This document shows positions 9,161 to 20,853 of a DNA stretch of 36,077 bases, piece by piece. Every line of letters begins with the position of its first letter. Positions within the stretch are counted from its first letter, which is position 1. The DNA is from Macrostomum lignano (Eukaryota), in assembly GCA_002269645.1 (NCBI GenBank), contig NIVC01000360.1:1-36077 (forward strand). The letters run 5' to 3'. Under the pieces are notes generated by a model, which was not told the origin of the DNA, ran no database searches, and was given only the letters and a program-made list of their open reading frames with translations. The position numbers were made by a program, and so were the translations under genes.

Positions 9161-12100
9161 CAGTAGCGTGTGAGGCGGTAAGAGGCGTGGCTTCTTCCGG
9201 TGAGACCGGACGGCACGACAGTGTAAAAGCCAAGAAAACTGTTTCCCGAGGGGCAGCCGCAGCACGCTCGTTTTTTGTGAAGACGAATGATTCGAATAGC
9301 CAAAACAAAGAACAGGCGGAAGGGCGAAAAGGTTGTGGTCTCTGCGGAGAACAGCACGGAGTTTGGAGCTGCCCAAGGTTTCAACGAATGGAACCTGGAG
9401 CCAGATGGGCGACGGTTCGTGACAAGCGCCTGTGCTTCTGCTGCTTGGGAGCAAACCATCTAGCCGGTGCGTGCAAGCGAGCGAGAGTGTGCGGTGTTGA
9501 TGGCTGCAAAGCAAACCATAATCGGCTGCTGCATCAACGAGGGCCGGCGGCGACAACGGCGAATCCGCATGAAGGGGGGTCGCCCAAAACGATCGAAAGA
9601 CCAAAGTCCTTCCAGGAGAAGAAGAGCACAGTTCAAGAGCCGCAAGAGGCATGCACTTTACTGGCCAGAACATCGCCGTCAATAGCGCTGAGGACTGTGC
9701 CCGTGATTTTATCCAACGGCGGTCGGGAAGTCCGAGTGAATGTCTTGCTGGACGACGCTAGCACCCGGTCGTACCTGAACTCTGACGTTGCAGCGGAACT
9801 CGGCTTGGAAGGCAACCTCGAACCGATGACGGTAAAGGTTCTGAACGGCCAGGTGAGCACCTTTCAGACGGTTCCGGTTGAGGTCGACATCCGCAGTCTG
9901 GACGGCGCCTTTCGTGCCACAGTTACGGCCCACACAACTGAGAAAGTGACCGGTGGGATGGAAGCCGTAGATTGGAGCCAGCTTGCAAAGCGTTGGGCTC
10001 ATCTGAGGGGCGTGCCGTTCGACAAAATTAAAGGGAAGCAGACTGTGGATATGCTCATTGGTGTGGACAATGCAGACTTGCACTTTGCCTGTCGCGAAGT
10101 AGGTGGGCAACCTGGAGAGCCGATTGCCAGACTGACGCCAATTGGGTGGACCTGCGTTGGACCAGTGAATCAAGTAGGAACTGCAGAAGAGCAGCAGCAG
10201 CAGACATTCTTTACGGTGACGGCGGAGAACGAGGCATCTGATCTTCTGCGGAAGATGTGGGAGATCGATGAAGTGCCAGATGGAGGACAGCAGGCCAGAA
10301 TGTCCGCTGAAGATCAAAAGATCGTAGAAGCGACACGAGCATCCTTGAAGATGGAGAACGGCAGGTTTCAAGTGGCGATTCCTTGGAAAAAGAATCCGGA
10401 AGAACTACCTATGAACAACGAAGCTGCCCTACAGCGTCTCGTCAGCACAGAAAAGCGCTTGCTGAAGAACCCGGAGCTAGCGAAGGCGTACCAGGCTGTG
10501 ATAGACAAGCATCTGGCAAAAGGCTATGTGCGGGAGGTCGGCATCAGCGAGCCAAGTCAGGCTGGCCAGTGGTTCTTGCCGCATTTCGCGATAGTGCGGG
10601 CCGATAAGGAGACGACCAAAGTTCGAATTGTGTTTGATGCAGCGGCTCGGAGCAATGGGGTCTGCCTAAATGACACCATTCATACGGGACCGAAGTTGCA
10701 GCAGGATTTGCTAAAGGTGCTCCTACGGTTCCGGAAGCATCCCGTGGCGCTAGCAGCCGACATCGAGGAGATGTATCTGAGAGTTCGAATTGCGCCGGAG
10801 GACAGAAGATTTTTCCGATTTCTGTGGCGAGACTTAGACTTGAAGCAAACGCCGAAGAGCTATGAGTTCTGCAGTGTGGTATTTGGCGTAAACTGCTCTC
10901 CGTTTCTGGCTCAGTTTGTGGCACAGGAGAATGCGCGACACTATCAGCAACAGCTGCCGCTGGCGGCCAACACCGTGCTGCATTCCACTTATATGGACGA
11001 CAGTCTAGACTCCGTAGAAACCGTTGGCCAAGCGGTGAAACTCTTCCAACAACTCGTAGAATTATGGAGCAAGGCAGGGATGCGAGCTTGCAAATGGATG
11101 TCGAATTCGTTAGAAGTGCTGCAACACGTTCCAGTCGAGGACCGCGCAGAACGCGCCGAGTTGCTATTGAAAGGTGAGGCCCGAACCGCTAAGGCGCTTG
11201 GAGTGAATTGGAATGCGAAAGAGGACGTCCTAGGAATTTCCATCAGCGAGTCGAATGCTAGCGGCAAGGTGATGACGAAGAGACTGCTTTTGCGCGGTGT
11301 GGCCGAGGTGTTTGACCCCTGTGGCTTCCTAGCTCCGGTAGTTATCACAGGAAAGATAATGCTGCAGTTGGCATGGCAACAAGGTGTTGGGTGGGATGAA
11401 GCGTTGGATCCTGAGTTGGCTGATCAAGCGTTTCAGTGGACCAGTGAGCTCTCCAAAGCTACGAGACTAGCCGTGCCTCGGTGTCTGCGTCCAGACAACG
11501 GATCCATCGAACTTCACTCGTTTGTAGACGCATCGCAAGAGGCCTACGGAGCCGTCGTATATCTGCGGAGCGAAACGATGAGTAAGACGACGGTCCGTTT
11601 CGTTGCTGCAAAGGCTAAGGTAGCACCATTGATGGCGGTGAGCATCCCTCGACTGGAGTTGATGGCGGCAGTCCTAGGACTTCGGCTCGCAAGGGCAGTG
11701 GCCGAGGCGTTGGAGATCGCGATTGAGTCTGTGGTGTTTTGGAGTGACAGTCACAATGTGCTTTGGTGGATTCGCAGGCAGAGTAGAGCGTTCAAGCCTT
11801 TCGTTGCGAACCGAGTCGCCTTCATCCAGCAGCAGGTGCAGCCAAATCAATGGCGGTACGTTCCAACAGGTCTGAATCCAGCGGATGTGGCATCCCGTGG
11901 CTGCAGTGTGCAAGAGCTGATGGACAACGAGCTGTGGTGGAACGGCCCTGGATTCTTGGCGAGGTGCTCAAACGATTGGCCAGAAATGCCGATTCCAGTT
12001 GCGCCAGAAACTACTGAGGCGAATACCCGTCGAAGAGAGCTAGCAAGCATCCAGAAGCGTTGTGCAGAGCCCGTATGTCTGGTCACCACCGATGAAGAAG

Positions 12101-13544
12101 ACAAGACAGGCTGGCGACTCAAACCAGAGCGATTCTCTAGTTTCCATCGACTGCAGCGCGTCTTCGCTTGGGTGTTGCGGTTCATTCGGAACTGTCAGAC
12201 GGAGAAGTATCAGCGGAGCGGCGGTGAGCTGTTGGTGGATGAGCTCGAGGAGGTCGAGGAGCGTTTGGTAAGGTTAGCTCAGGAGGAAGCGTTCAAGACG
12301 GATACAGTGAACGAGAAGAAGCTGCGGTGCTTGCAGCCGGTACGTGATGCAGCAGGAGTCCTACGAGTGGATGGCCGGTTGAAATTCAGGCCACAGGCGC
12401 CATTTGCAGCAAGACATCCATCTATTTTGCCGCGGAAGCATTGGATCACCAAGCTGATCATCAAACAATATCACGAGCAGCAGAGCCATGGTGGGACTAA
12501 CCAAACTCTGGCGGCGCTGTCAGCCAAGTATTGGGTTATCTGTGCTCGGGAAGCTATTCGCGAGTGGGAGGTTGAATGCGCTGTGTGCAAGAGAGAGAAA
12601 GCTCGTCCCATCGTACAACAGATGGCGCCACTGCCTGATGCCCGTGTCGCAGGATCCTTAAAAGCCTTCACGAACGTAGCCGTCGACATGGGAGGGCCGT
12701 TCGTCACTATTCAAGGCCGATTTAAGAAGAGGCAGAAACGCTATTTGGCGCTGTTCACATGCCTCGAGACGCGAGCGGTACACCTCGAGATGACCTACAG
12801 CCTTGACGCGGACTCTTTCTTGAACGCCTTCTACCGAATGGTGAACAGGCGTGGCTTACCCAAGGCTATGTATTCTGACAACGGTGGCAACTTTGTAAAA
12901 GGTGCAGATGAACTGCGACTTCTGGAGGAGCTGGACAGGACAAGGATCAGTCGCGAGACATCCAAGCAGCGAGTCAAGTGGAACTTCCAGCCGCCAGCCG
13001 CCCCGCACTTTGGTGGAGCCCACGAGGTGATGATTCGGGCTGCGAAGCGAGCGCTACACGCGATTCTGGGCAGCGCAGATGTCACCGACGAGGAGCTTCA
13101 GTCAGCGATCACTGGAGCGGAGGCGCTTATCAACTCGCGCCCCATCACCTATCAATCGGCGAATCCGAGAGACGAAGAGCCACTAACGCCAAACCATTTC
13201 CTGCACGGTCAAGCTGGTGGACAATTCGCGCCGGATGTGCCCGACGACGTCGCGGCTGACCCGAGGCGGCGGTGGCGGCGCGTCCAAGAACTCGTGAGGC
13301 ACGTCTGGCGACGCTGGATGCGCGAATGGCTGCCAGGGTTGCAGCCGAGAGCCAAGTGGGCGGGACCGCAGCGGCCAGGTGATGTCGTTCTCGTCATCAA
13401 AGCAGACTCACCGCGGGACACTGGCCGTTGGGACGAGTAGTCGAAGTCTACCCAGGTTCAGACAATCGAGTCCGGGTGGCCAAGGTCCAGGTCGGTGGGA
13501 CGGTATTCGTGCGGCCTGTGAGCAAACTGTGCTATCTCGAGTGA
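9133..13544 (+). CDS. BEL/Pao Gag Zn knuckles plus Pol (PR, RT, RNase H, IN). The integrase C-terminus continues in a shifted frame from ~13415 to stop 13544.
   Basis: [37 protein letters not shown]; [10 protein letters not shown]; [18 protein letters not shown]; DIEEMY; YMDD; [17 protein letters not shown]; H..HGG..C..C; [22 protein letters not shown]. The shifted tail reads [23 protein letters not shown]...[10 protein letters not shown]. Confidence 0.95.
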
Positions 13545-14140
13545 GAGGAGTTGATCATTTGCTTAAGAACTGTTTGTTTTCTTTTCCGGACTTTTCCGAG
13601 TTTACGCTGAGTTTTCAAATTGTTTGTACTGTATCGTGTGCGTTCAGTAGGCTTTCTGCCAGTTTTGGGCTTTTCAAGCCGTTGCCTTTTTGATTATTGG
13701 TTGTGTCTGTTTTTGTTCATGGTTTTTTTTGGGATCAGATTTTTTTGGAGCGCAGTTGGCGCATTTGTTTTTCCTTTGAGTTTGAGCTGTTTGAAGTTTC
13801 TGTTAAGTTACGGTGATGGGTTTTTTCTGTCAACCATTTTCGACTTTATTAAAATTGCGAGTTTAAGCTGAGTTGCAAATTTTTATATTTTTTGATGTTT
13901 AGTGGTAACTTATTTCAGTTTGCGGTCTTGCGCATTTTCATTGTTTTCATTTGCGAGTCTTGGTGGCGGGTGCCGAAACATCTTTTCAGTTTGGCTTTTG
14001 AGCTCTTTTGAGCCCTCACGCTTCTCGTGCTGTTCCCAGGCGTTGTATGTTTTTTTTTGCTATGGTCATAGTTTGTCCGTTCGGTTACTAGGTACTCAAG
14101 TTCAGTGTTTCCGGTCTTTGTTGCTGACATTGCTCTGTCA

Positions 14141-14152
14141 GGAAGGGGGGAA
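14141..14152 (+). promoter_or_regulatory. Polypurine tract
   Basis: GGAAGGGGGGAA immediately before the 3' LTR. Confidence 0.9.
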
Positions 14153-14422
14153 TGTTTAGGAGTTGGCTTACATGTACGAGTGTACTTTTCATTCACCTAC
14201 GCGTAACTTTCATAGCAGAGATTTTGATACGTACGTTTCAGCCCCAGCCCCCATTTATAATGTTCAGCAGCACCCACCCCATTTATTTAAAATTATTGCA
14301 ATATATAGTTATCAGCCTCTCCAGAGAGAGTGCGCACGCTGGTTGTTTTGTTCGGTTGGCTAGTAGCCGAAAAATAGTCGCTTACTGCGAAGACTCAATT
14401 TATTGAATGAACCATCAAAACA
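14153..14422 (+). repeat. 3' LTR (270 bp)
   Basis: Identical to the 5' LTR and followed by the TSD TTACT. Confidence 0.98.
14367..14409 (+). other. Spliced-leader-exon-like sequence inside the 3' LTR
   Basis: Same sequence as 7612-7654. Confidence 0.8.
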
Positions 14423-14975
14423 TTACTATTTTACCTGTATTTTACCTGCAACGACTCTTGGGGCGTTTCTTGGCCTAGGTACCGTTTTCAGATAAATTGT
14501 ATAATGAGATAGATTATGCACTCAGTCAACCTCCCAAATGAATTCTTAGAAACAAGAAAAAGTGGCCCCGTCCTTCTGTTTGAGTCTTCCTTGCTCACTT
14601 ATACTCTGCTCACTTATAATATTCGGATTGCAAGGCGGAACTCACGCACTTCCCTTTTAGATTCGTTGTGACCAGTTGCATGAAACTGACTAATTATTAT
14701 TTTCTTGTCAGTAAAGTAGTTTATTGCAATATATTCAGCCCAATCTATTGTATTGTATTATCACATTTAGAGCGAATGACGCTTTACACAATGTGAAATG
14801 TGTTTATTTTCTATTTTACTTCTGCGTTGAGTTTTCTTTGCAAATACACTGGATTTATTGTGGATATTTTTTGATAAAGTATATTTACTAATGTTTAGTT
14901 TTTATTAGTAAATTGAGTAAAGGATCACTTAAGTTTTGTGAACTGAAAAATATTAAGAAGGTGACAGTCTACTCA

Positions 14976-15150
14976 GGTAGCCTAAAGAGTATATAGGTAG
15001 GTTAGGGTAGCCTAGAGAGTAGTTAGGTGGGTTAGAGTAGCCTAAAGAGTATATAGGTAGGTTAGGGTAGCCTAGAGAGTAGATAGGTGGGTTAGGGTAG
15101 CCTAAAGAGTATATAGGTAGGTTAGGGTAGCCTAGAGAGTAGTTAGGTAG
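14976..15150. repeat. 30-bp minisatellite arranged as a 60-bp dimer, just upstream of OPA1
   Basis: Alternating GGTAGCCTAAAGAGTATATAGGTAGGTTAG and GGTAGCCTAGAGAGTAG(T/A)TAGGTGGGTTAG. Confidence 0.9.
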
Positions 15151-15223
15151 ATATGCGTCGATAAATTGATTCTTACTGAAGTCATGCATCACCTGCCGCT
15201 TTGCTGCTGAGCAAGCAGCACTC

Positions 15224-18200
15224 ATGGCCGCATTAGCCAATAAGAGCTCCGTTGCTTTGTCTCGGCGGTGCACTACTGCCCACACCAGTATTAGTAGTAA
15301 CAGTTGCGCATTGGTGCCGCAACGCCGCGCTTTGAGTGCTTCTTCCAGTTCGGGCCAGCAGCAGGGGGAGCAGCGCCGGCAGCGGCTACGCTGGCTGATG
15401 CGACAAACCTCTCTGCTCCGCGCCGTTCGCCTGCGCTATCTGCTGGCTGCCGGCGCCGCCGCTGTCGCTTTCGAATCCAATCGGCGCTACACAGAGTTCA
15501 AGGCCGGCCTGCCAGACGCTGGCTGGCTCACCGACCGGTTGAGAAGCTTCGCCGAGCTGGCCGCGAATGCCGGCAATGGAGCTGTGGCCAAAGTGCGGCA
15601 TGTGGTTGATCAGAAGGTGAGTCTCCCACCTGTCCTATCTGAGTCTCCCACCTGTCCTATCTGAGTCTCCCACCTGTCATATCTGAGTCTCCCACCTGTC
15701 ATATCTGAGTCTCCCACCTGTCATATCTGAGTCTCCCACCTGTCCTATCTGAGTCTCCCACCTGTCATATCTGAGTCTCCCACCTGTCATATCTGAGTCT
15801 CCCACCTGTCATATCTGAGTCTCCCACCTGTCCTATCTGAGTCTCCCACCTGTCATATCTGAGTCTCCCACCTGTCATATCTGAGTCTCCCACCTGTCAT
15901 ATCTGAGTCTCCCACCTGTCCTATCTGAGTCTCCCACCTGTCATATCTGAGTCTCCCACCTGTCATATCTGAGTCTCCCACCTGTCATATCTGAGTCTCC
16001 CGTCTCTCACTTTCCCAGCTTCTGTCTCTCAGTTTCCCAGCTTCTGTCTCTCAGTTTCCCAGCTTCTGTCCCTGAGTTTCCCAGCTCCTGTCCCTGAGTT
16101 TCCCAGCTCCTGTCCCTGAGTTTCCCAGCTCCTGTCCCTGAGTTTCCCAGCTCCTGTCCCTGAGTTTCCCAGATCCTGTCCCTGAGTTTCCCAGCTCCTG
16201 TCCCTGAGTTTCCCACTGGATCATTATTGCAGGACCACATGCATTCAGCTATGCAAGACTTCCAGTCCTGGCTGGCAAGACACGGCAGTCAGACGTATGC
16301 CAGTCTGGTGTCCACGGGAAGCGGTAAGCCGTGCTTCTGTCTGTCTGATTTTCTCTCTTGACGTACTACTCCTTTATAGCTTACAGTTAGTAGTATTCGT
16401 CTTTTTTTTAGATTCATCGGGTACTAATTTTCGAATAGGTTTGTTTAAATTTGTATCAGTTATGCACACATGTTTTACTGATTTTGTTCGTCAAGAAGCT
16501 AACTACGATGTCTCTGCACCGAAGTGTTTTTACGCTTCTATTGATTAATTATGTTCAGAATGTTGATTATGAATTACGAAATCGATTCAATCTTAATTGC
16601 AATTTTAATCTAATCTGACTGTGTGTTATTGTTACTGTTACTAATTTCACTTTAGTCAATTAGAGACTAAACAGAACCACAACACAACAGGCACAACAGA
16701 ACCCATATGCTGCACTCATCTTAACCTGCCCCACACCCACCTCACACCCACCCCTCAGCCACCTCAAAGCCTACCTCGCACCTCTAACTCAAAACCCACC
16801 CCACACCTCTACTTCAAAGCGCACTCAATACCCCTACCTCAAAACCCTCCCACACCCACCTCAAACCCCTTAAACTCACCTTCAAATCCCTCAAACCCAC
16901 TTCAGACCTCTCAAACCCACTTCAGACCCCTCAAACCCACCTCAGACCCCTCCAACCCACCTCAGACCCCTCAAACCCACCTCAGACCCCTCAAACCCAC
17001 CTCAGACCCCTCAAACCCACCTCAGACCCCTCAAACCCACCTCAGACCCCTCAAACCCACTTCAGACCACTCAAACCCAACTGACCCCTCAAACCCACTT
17101 CAAATCCATCAAACCCACCTCAGACCCCTCAAACCCACCTCAAATCCCTTAAACCCTTCAAATCCCTCAAACCCACTTCAGAACCCTCAAACCCACTTCA
17201 GACCTCTCAAACCCACTTCAGACCCCTCAAACCCACCTCAGACCTCTCAAACCCACCTCAAACCCCTCAAACCCACTTCAGACCCCTCAAACCCACCTCA
17301 AACCTCTCAAACCCACCTCAAACCCGCCCCTCACCCGGCAGACTCGGCAAGGCGTGCATCACACCCACATCCGCCCTTCCCACACCCACCCCACAGCCAC
17401 CTCAAACCCGCCCTGCAGCCACCTCAAACCCGCCCTGCAGCCACCTCAAACCCGCCCCACAGCCACCTCAAACCCGCCCTGCTGCCACCTCAAACCCGCC
17501 CTGCTGCCACCTCAAACCCGCCCTGCAGCCATCTCAAACCCTTCCCACACCCTGACACCCGGCAGACTCGGCAAAGCGCGCATCAGCGGTCGCAGCCAGC
17601 TGGTTCTCATTCGACTCAGACGGCAAGCAGCAGCAGCCGCAGGAGCAGCAGCCGGACGAGCAGCTTCGCCAGCAGATGTTGGAGCTGCAGGCCAAGTACC
17701 AGCGCGAGCTCGAGTCCTTAGAGTCCGAGGTTCGCGCCCTGCGCTCCCAGTTGGCCGAAGCAAAGCGGGCCAGCCGAAGCGGCGGCAGCGGCTCTGTTTC
17801 AGTTGGCGGTGGCGGCGGCCGCCAGCTGCACAAGTCGCTAGTTGAGCTGTACAGCGAGGTACTGGACGCTCTGTCTGAGCACGACTCCAAGTTTTCAGTG
17901 GCCGACCATCTGCCCCGAGTTGTCGTGGTGGGCGACCAGAGCGCCGGCAAGACCTCCGTGCTGGAGATGATCGCCAAGGCCCGGATTTTCCCGCGCGGCG
18001 CCGGCGAGATGATGACCAGGGCGCCCGTGCAGGTCACCCTGGCCGAGGGGCCGTACCATGTTGCCAGGTTCAAGGACAACCCTAGCAGGTGACGCCAAGG
18101 GCTTGAGCTAGGATTTGAACTACTTAGGTCAGATGGTTAGTGTCAGACATCTAGTGTCAGCAAGTCTGTCAGACATCTATTGTCAGAAAGTCTGTGGCAG

Positions 18201-20531
18201 ACATCTAGTGTCAGCAAGTCAGTGTCAGACATCTAGTATCAGTAAGCCAGTGTCAGACATCTAGTCATGTCAGCAAGTTAGTGTCAGACATCTAGTCATG
18301 TCAGCAAGTCAGTGTCAGACATCCAGTGTCAGACATATAGTGTCAGACATCTAGTGTCAGCGAATCAGTGTCAGACATCCAGTGTCAGACATATAGTGTC
18401 AGACATCTAGTGTCAGCGAATCAGTGTCAGACATCTATTATTAGCAATCAGCTACCCCCCCTCACCGCAGAGAGTACGACTTGACCCAGGAATCGGAGCT
18501 GGCCGCGCTGCGCGACACCATCGAGCGCAGGATGCGGTCGGTAGTGCAGTCGGGCGGCACCGTGTCAGCCGAGACCATCTCGCTGTCAGTGCAGGGCCCC
18601 GGCCTGCCACGCATGGTGCTGGTGGACCTGCCGGGCATCATCAGCACGGAGACTCGCGGCATGGCATCTCAGACCAGAGAGGCAATCCGGCAGCTGGCTA
18701 GTCAGCACATGCGGAACCCCAACTCCATCATCCTGTGCGTGGCCGATGCCTGCGTGGACCCGGAGAGGTGAGCGGGACTGGCTGGTGCAACCTACAAAAA
18801 CCTGCCCCCTGGTAACCTGTGCCCTAGCAACCCCACTCTAGCAACCTGCCCCCTTAGCAAACTTCCCCCTTGGCAATCTGCCACCTGGCAACCTTGCCCC
18901 CTGTCAAACTGCCCCCCGGCAACCTGCCCCCTGACAACCTGCCCCCTGACAACCTGCCCCCTGACAACCTGCCCCCTGACAACCTGCCCCCTGGCAACCT
19001 TGCCCCTGTCAACCTGCCCCCCGGCAACCTGCCCCCTGACAACCTGCCCCCTGACAACCTGCCCCCTGGCAACATGCCCCCTGACAACCGGCCCCCTGGC
19101 AACCTGCCCCTGGCAACATGCCCCTAGCAACCTGTCCCCTGGCAACCTGCCCCTGGCAACCTGCTTCCGAGTGAGTTGGTGATGGCAGTGAGGATCCTGG
19201 AAGGGCAGGTGGAGTGTAAGTGTGTTCACACATTTGGAGTTCACCTGTGTCCATCCATGCCGCCGCAGGTCGAACGCATTCGACCTGGTTGCTAGGCACG
19301 ACCCATCCGGTAGGCGCACAATATTCGTGCTGACCAAGCTGGACCTGGCCGAGCGGGATCGAATCTCCCCGGATCGCATTGGCCGCCTGCTGGCCGGCCG
19401 CCTGCTGCCGCTGAAGGCCCTCGGCTATTTCGCCGTGGTGACGGGCAGCGGCGGAGCGGACGAATCCATCCCAGCTATTCAGCGCTACGAGGAGCAGTTC
19501 TTTCGCAATTCGCAGTTCTTCAAGGAGGGCGTGCTCAGCGTGTCGCAGATGACTGCGGCCAATATGGCCCAGGTGAAAATTGCTGAAACTGAAACTGAAA
19601 TTATGATTGTGATGCTGATGGTGATGCTGATGATGATGGTGATGCTGATGATGATGGTGATAATGGTGATGGTGATGATGATTGGTAATAATTATGATGA
19701 TGGTGATGGTGGTGATAGTGATAATGATGGTGATGGTGATGATGATTGTGATGATGATGGTGATGATGGTAATGGTGATGATAATGATGGATTGATGGTG
19801 ATAATGATGGTGATAATGATGATGCTGATGGTGATGATGATGGTGATGATGATGATAGTGATGATAGTGATGATTATGGTGATGATGGTGATGATGATGA
19901 TGATGATGGTGATATTGATGGTGATAATGATGATGGCGATGATGATGGTGATGACGATGATGGTGATAATGGTGATGGTGATGATGGTAATGGTGATGAT
20001 GATGATGGTGATGATGATGGTGATGATGGTGATGATGATGATGGTGATATTGATGGTGATAATGATGATGGTGATGCTAATGATGATCATGATTATAGTG
20101 ATGGTGATGGTGGTAACGATGCTAATAATGGTGATGAAATAACACGAATCACGTGTCTGTCTGTGTAATTCATCTACATTAAAACCTTTAATACTCTTTA
20201 CAATTGGCCCTCCAGGCCGTCAGCCGCCGTTTCTGGGCTCTCGTGCAGGAGTCGGTGGAGGCTCAAGCTGACGCTTTCAAGGCGTCGCGCTTCAACCTTG
20301 AGACCGAGTGGAAGCACATGTTCCCCGGCAGGCGGCAGTATTCTCGAGCTGAGCTATTCGAACGGGCCAGGTCAGACCTGCTGGACGAGGTCATTGCGCT
20401 GAGTGCCCTGCCGGCTAAGGTGAGCAAAGTTATTAACCGGAGTCAGATTTATGATAAAAGCTCTGAACCCTACTTTTACAGTAGTAACATTGCATACAGT
20501 AGCGCCTGCTGCAAGCCGCGAATCCAGCTGG

Positions 20532-20617
<86 letters not shown>

Positions 20618-20676
20618 CTAAGACAGACAGAAGGACAGACAGACAGACAGACAGACAGATAGACAGACAGACACTA

Positions 20677-20753
<77 letters not shown>

Positions 20754-20769
20754 CTAAGACAGACAGAAG

Positions 20770-20853
<84 letters not shown>

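Larger units (their letters stand above)
7398..14422 (+). mobile_element. Full-length BEL/Pao LTR retrotransposon (7025 bp)
   Basis: TG...CA LTRs, 5-bp TSD TTACT (7393-7397 and 14423-14427), PBS and PPT. The domain order Gag, 3 Zn knuckles, PR, RT, RNase H, IN is typical of BEL/Pao. Confidence 0.98.

Noticed and set aside
13545-14152. env-like third ORF
   Set aside because: No long sense ORF with signal peptide, cleavage site or fusion motifs; the hydrophobic short frames reflect T-richness.
19573-20142. Met/Val-rich extension of the 306-aa ORF and the Ile/Thr-rich antisense ORF
   Set aside because: (GAT/GGT)n microsatellite after a clear donor at 19573; OPA1 homology resumes at 20216.
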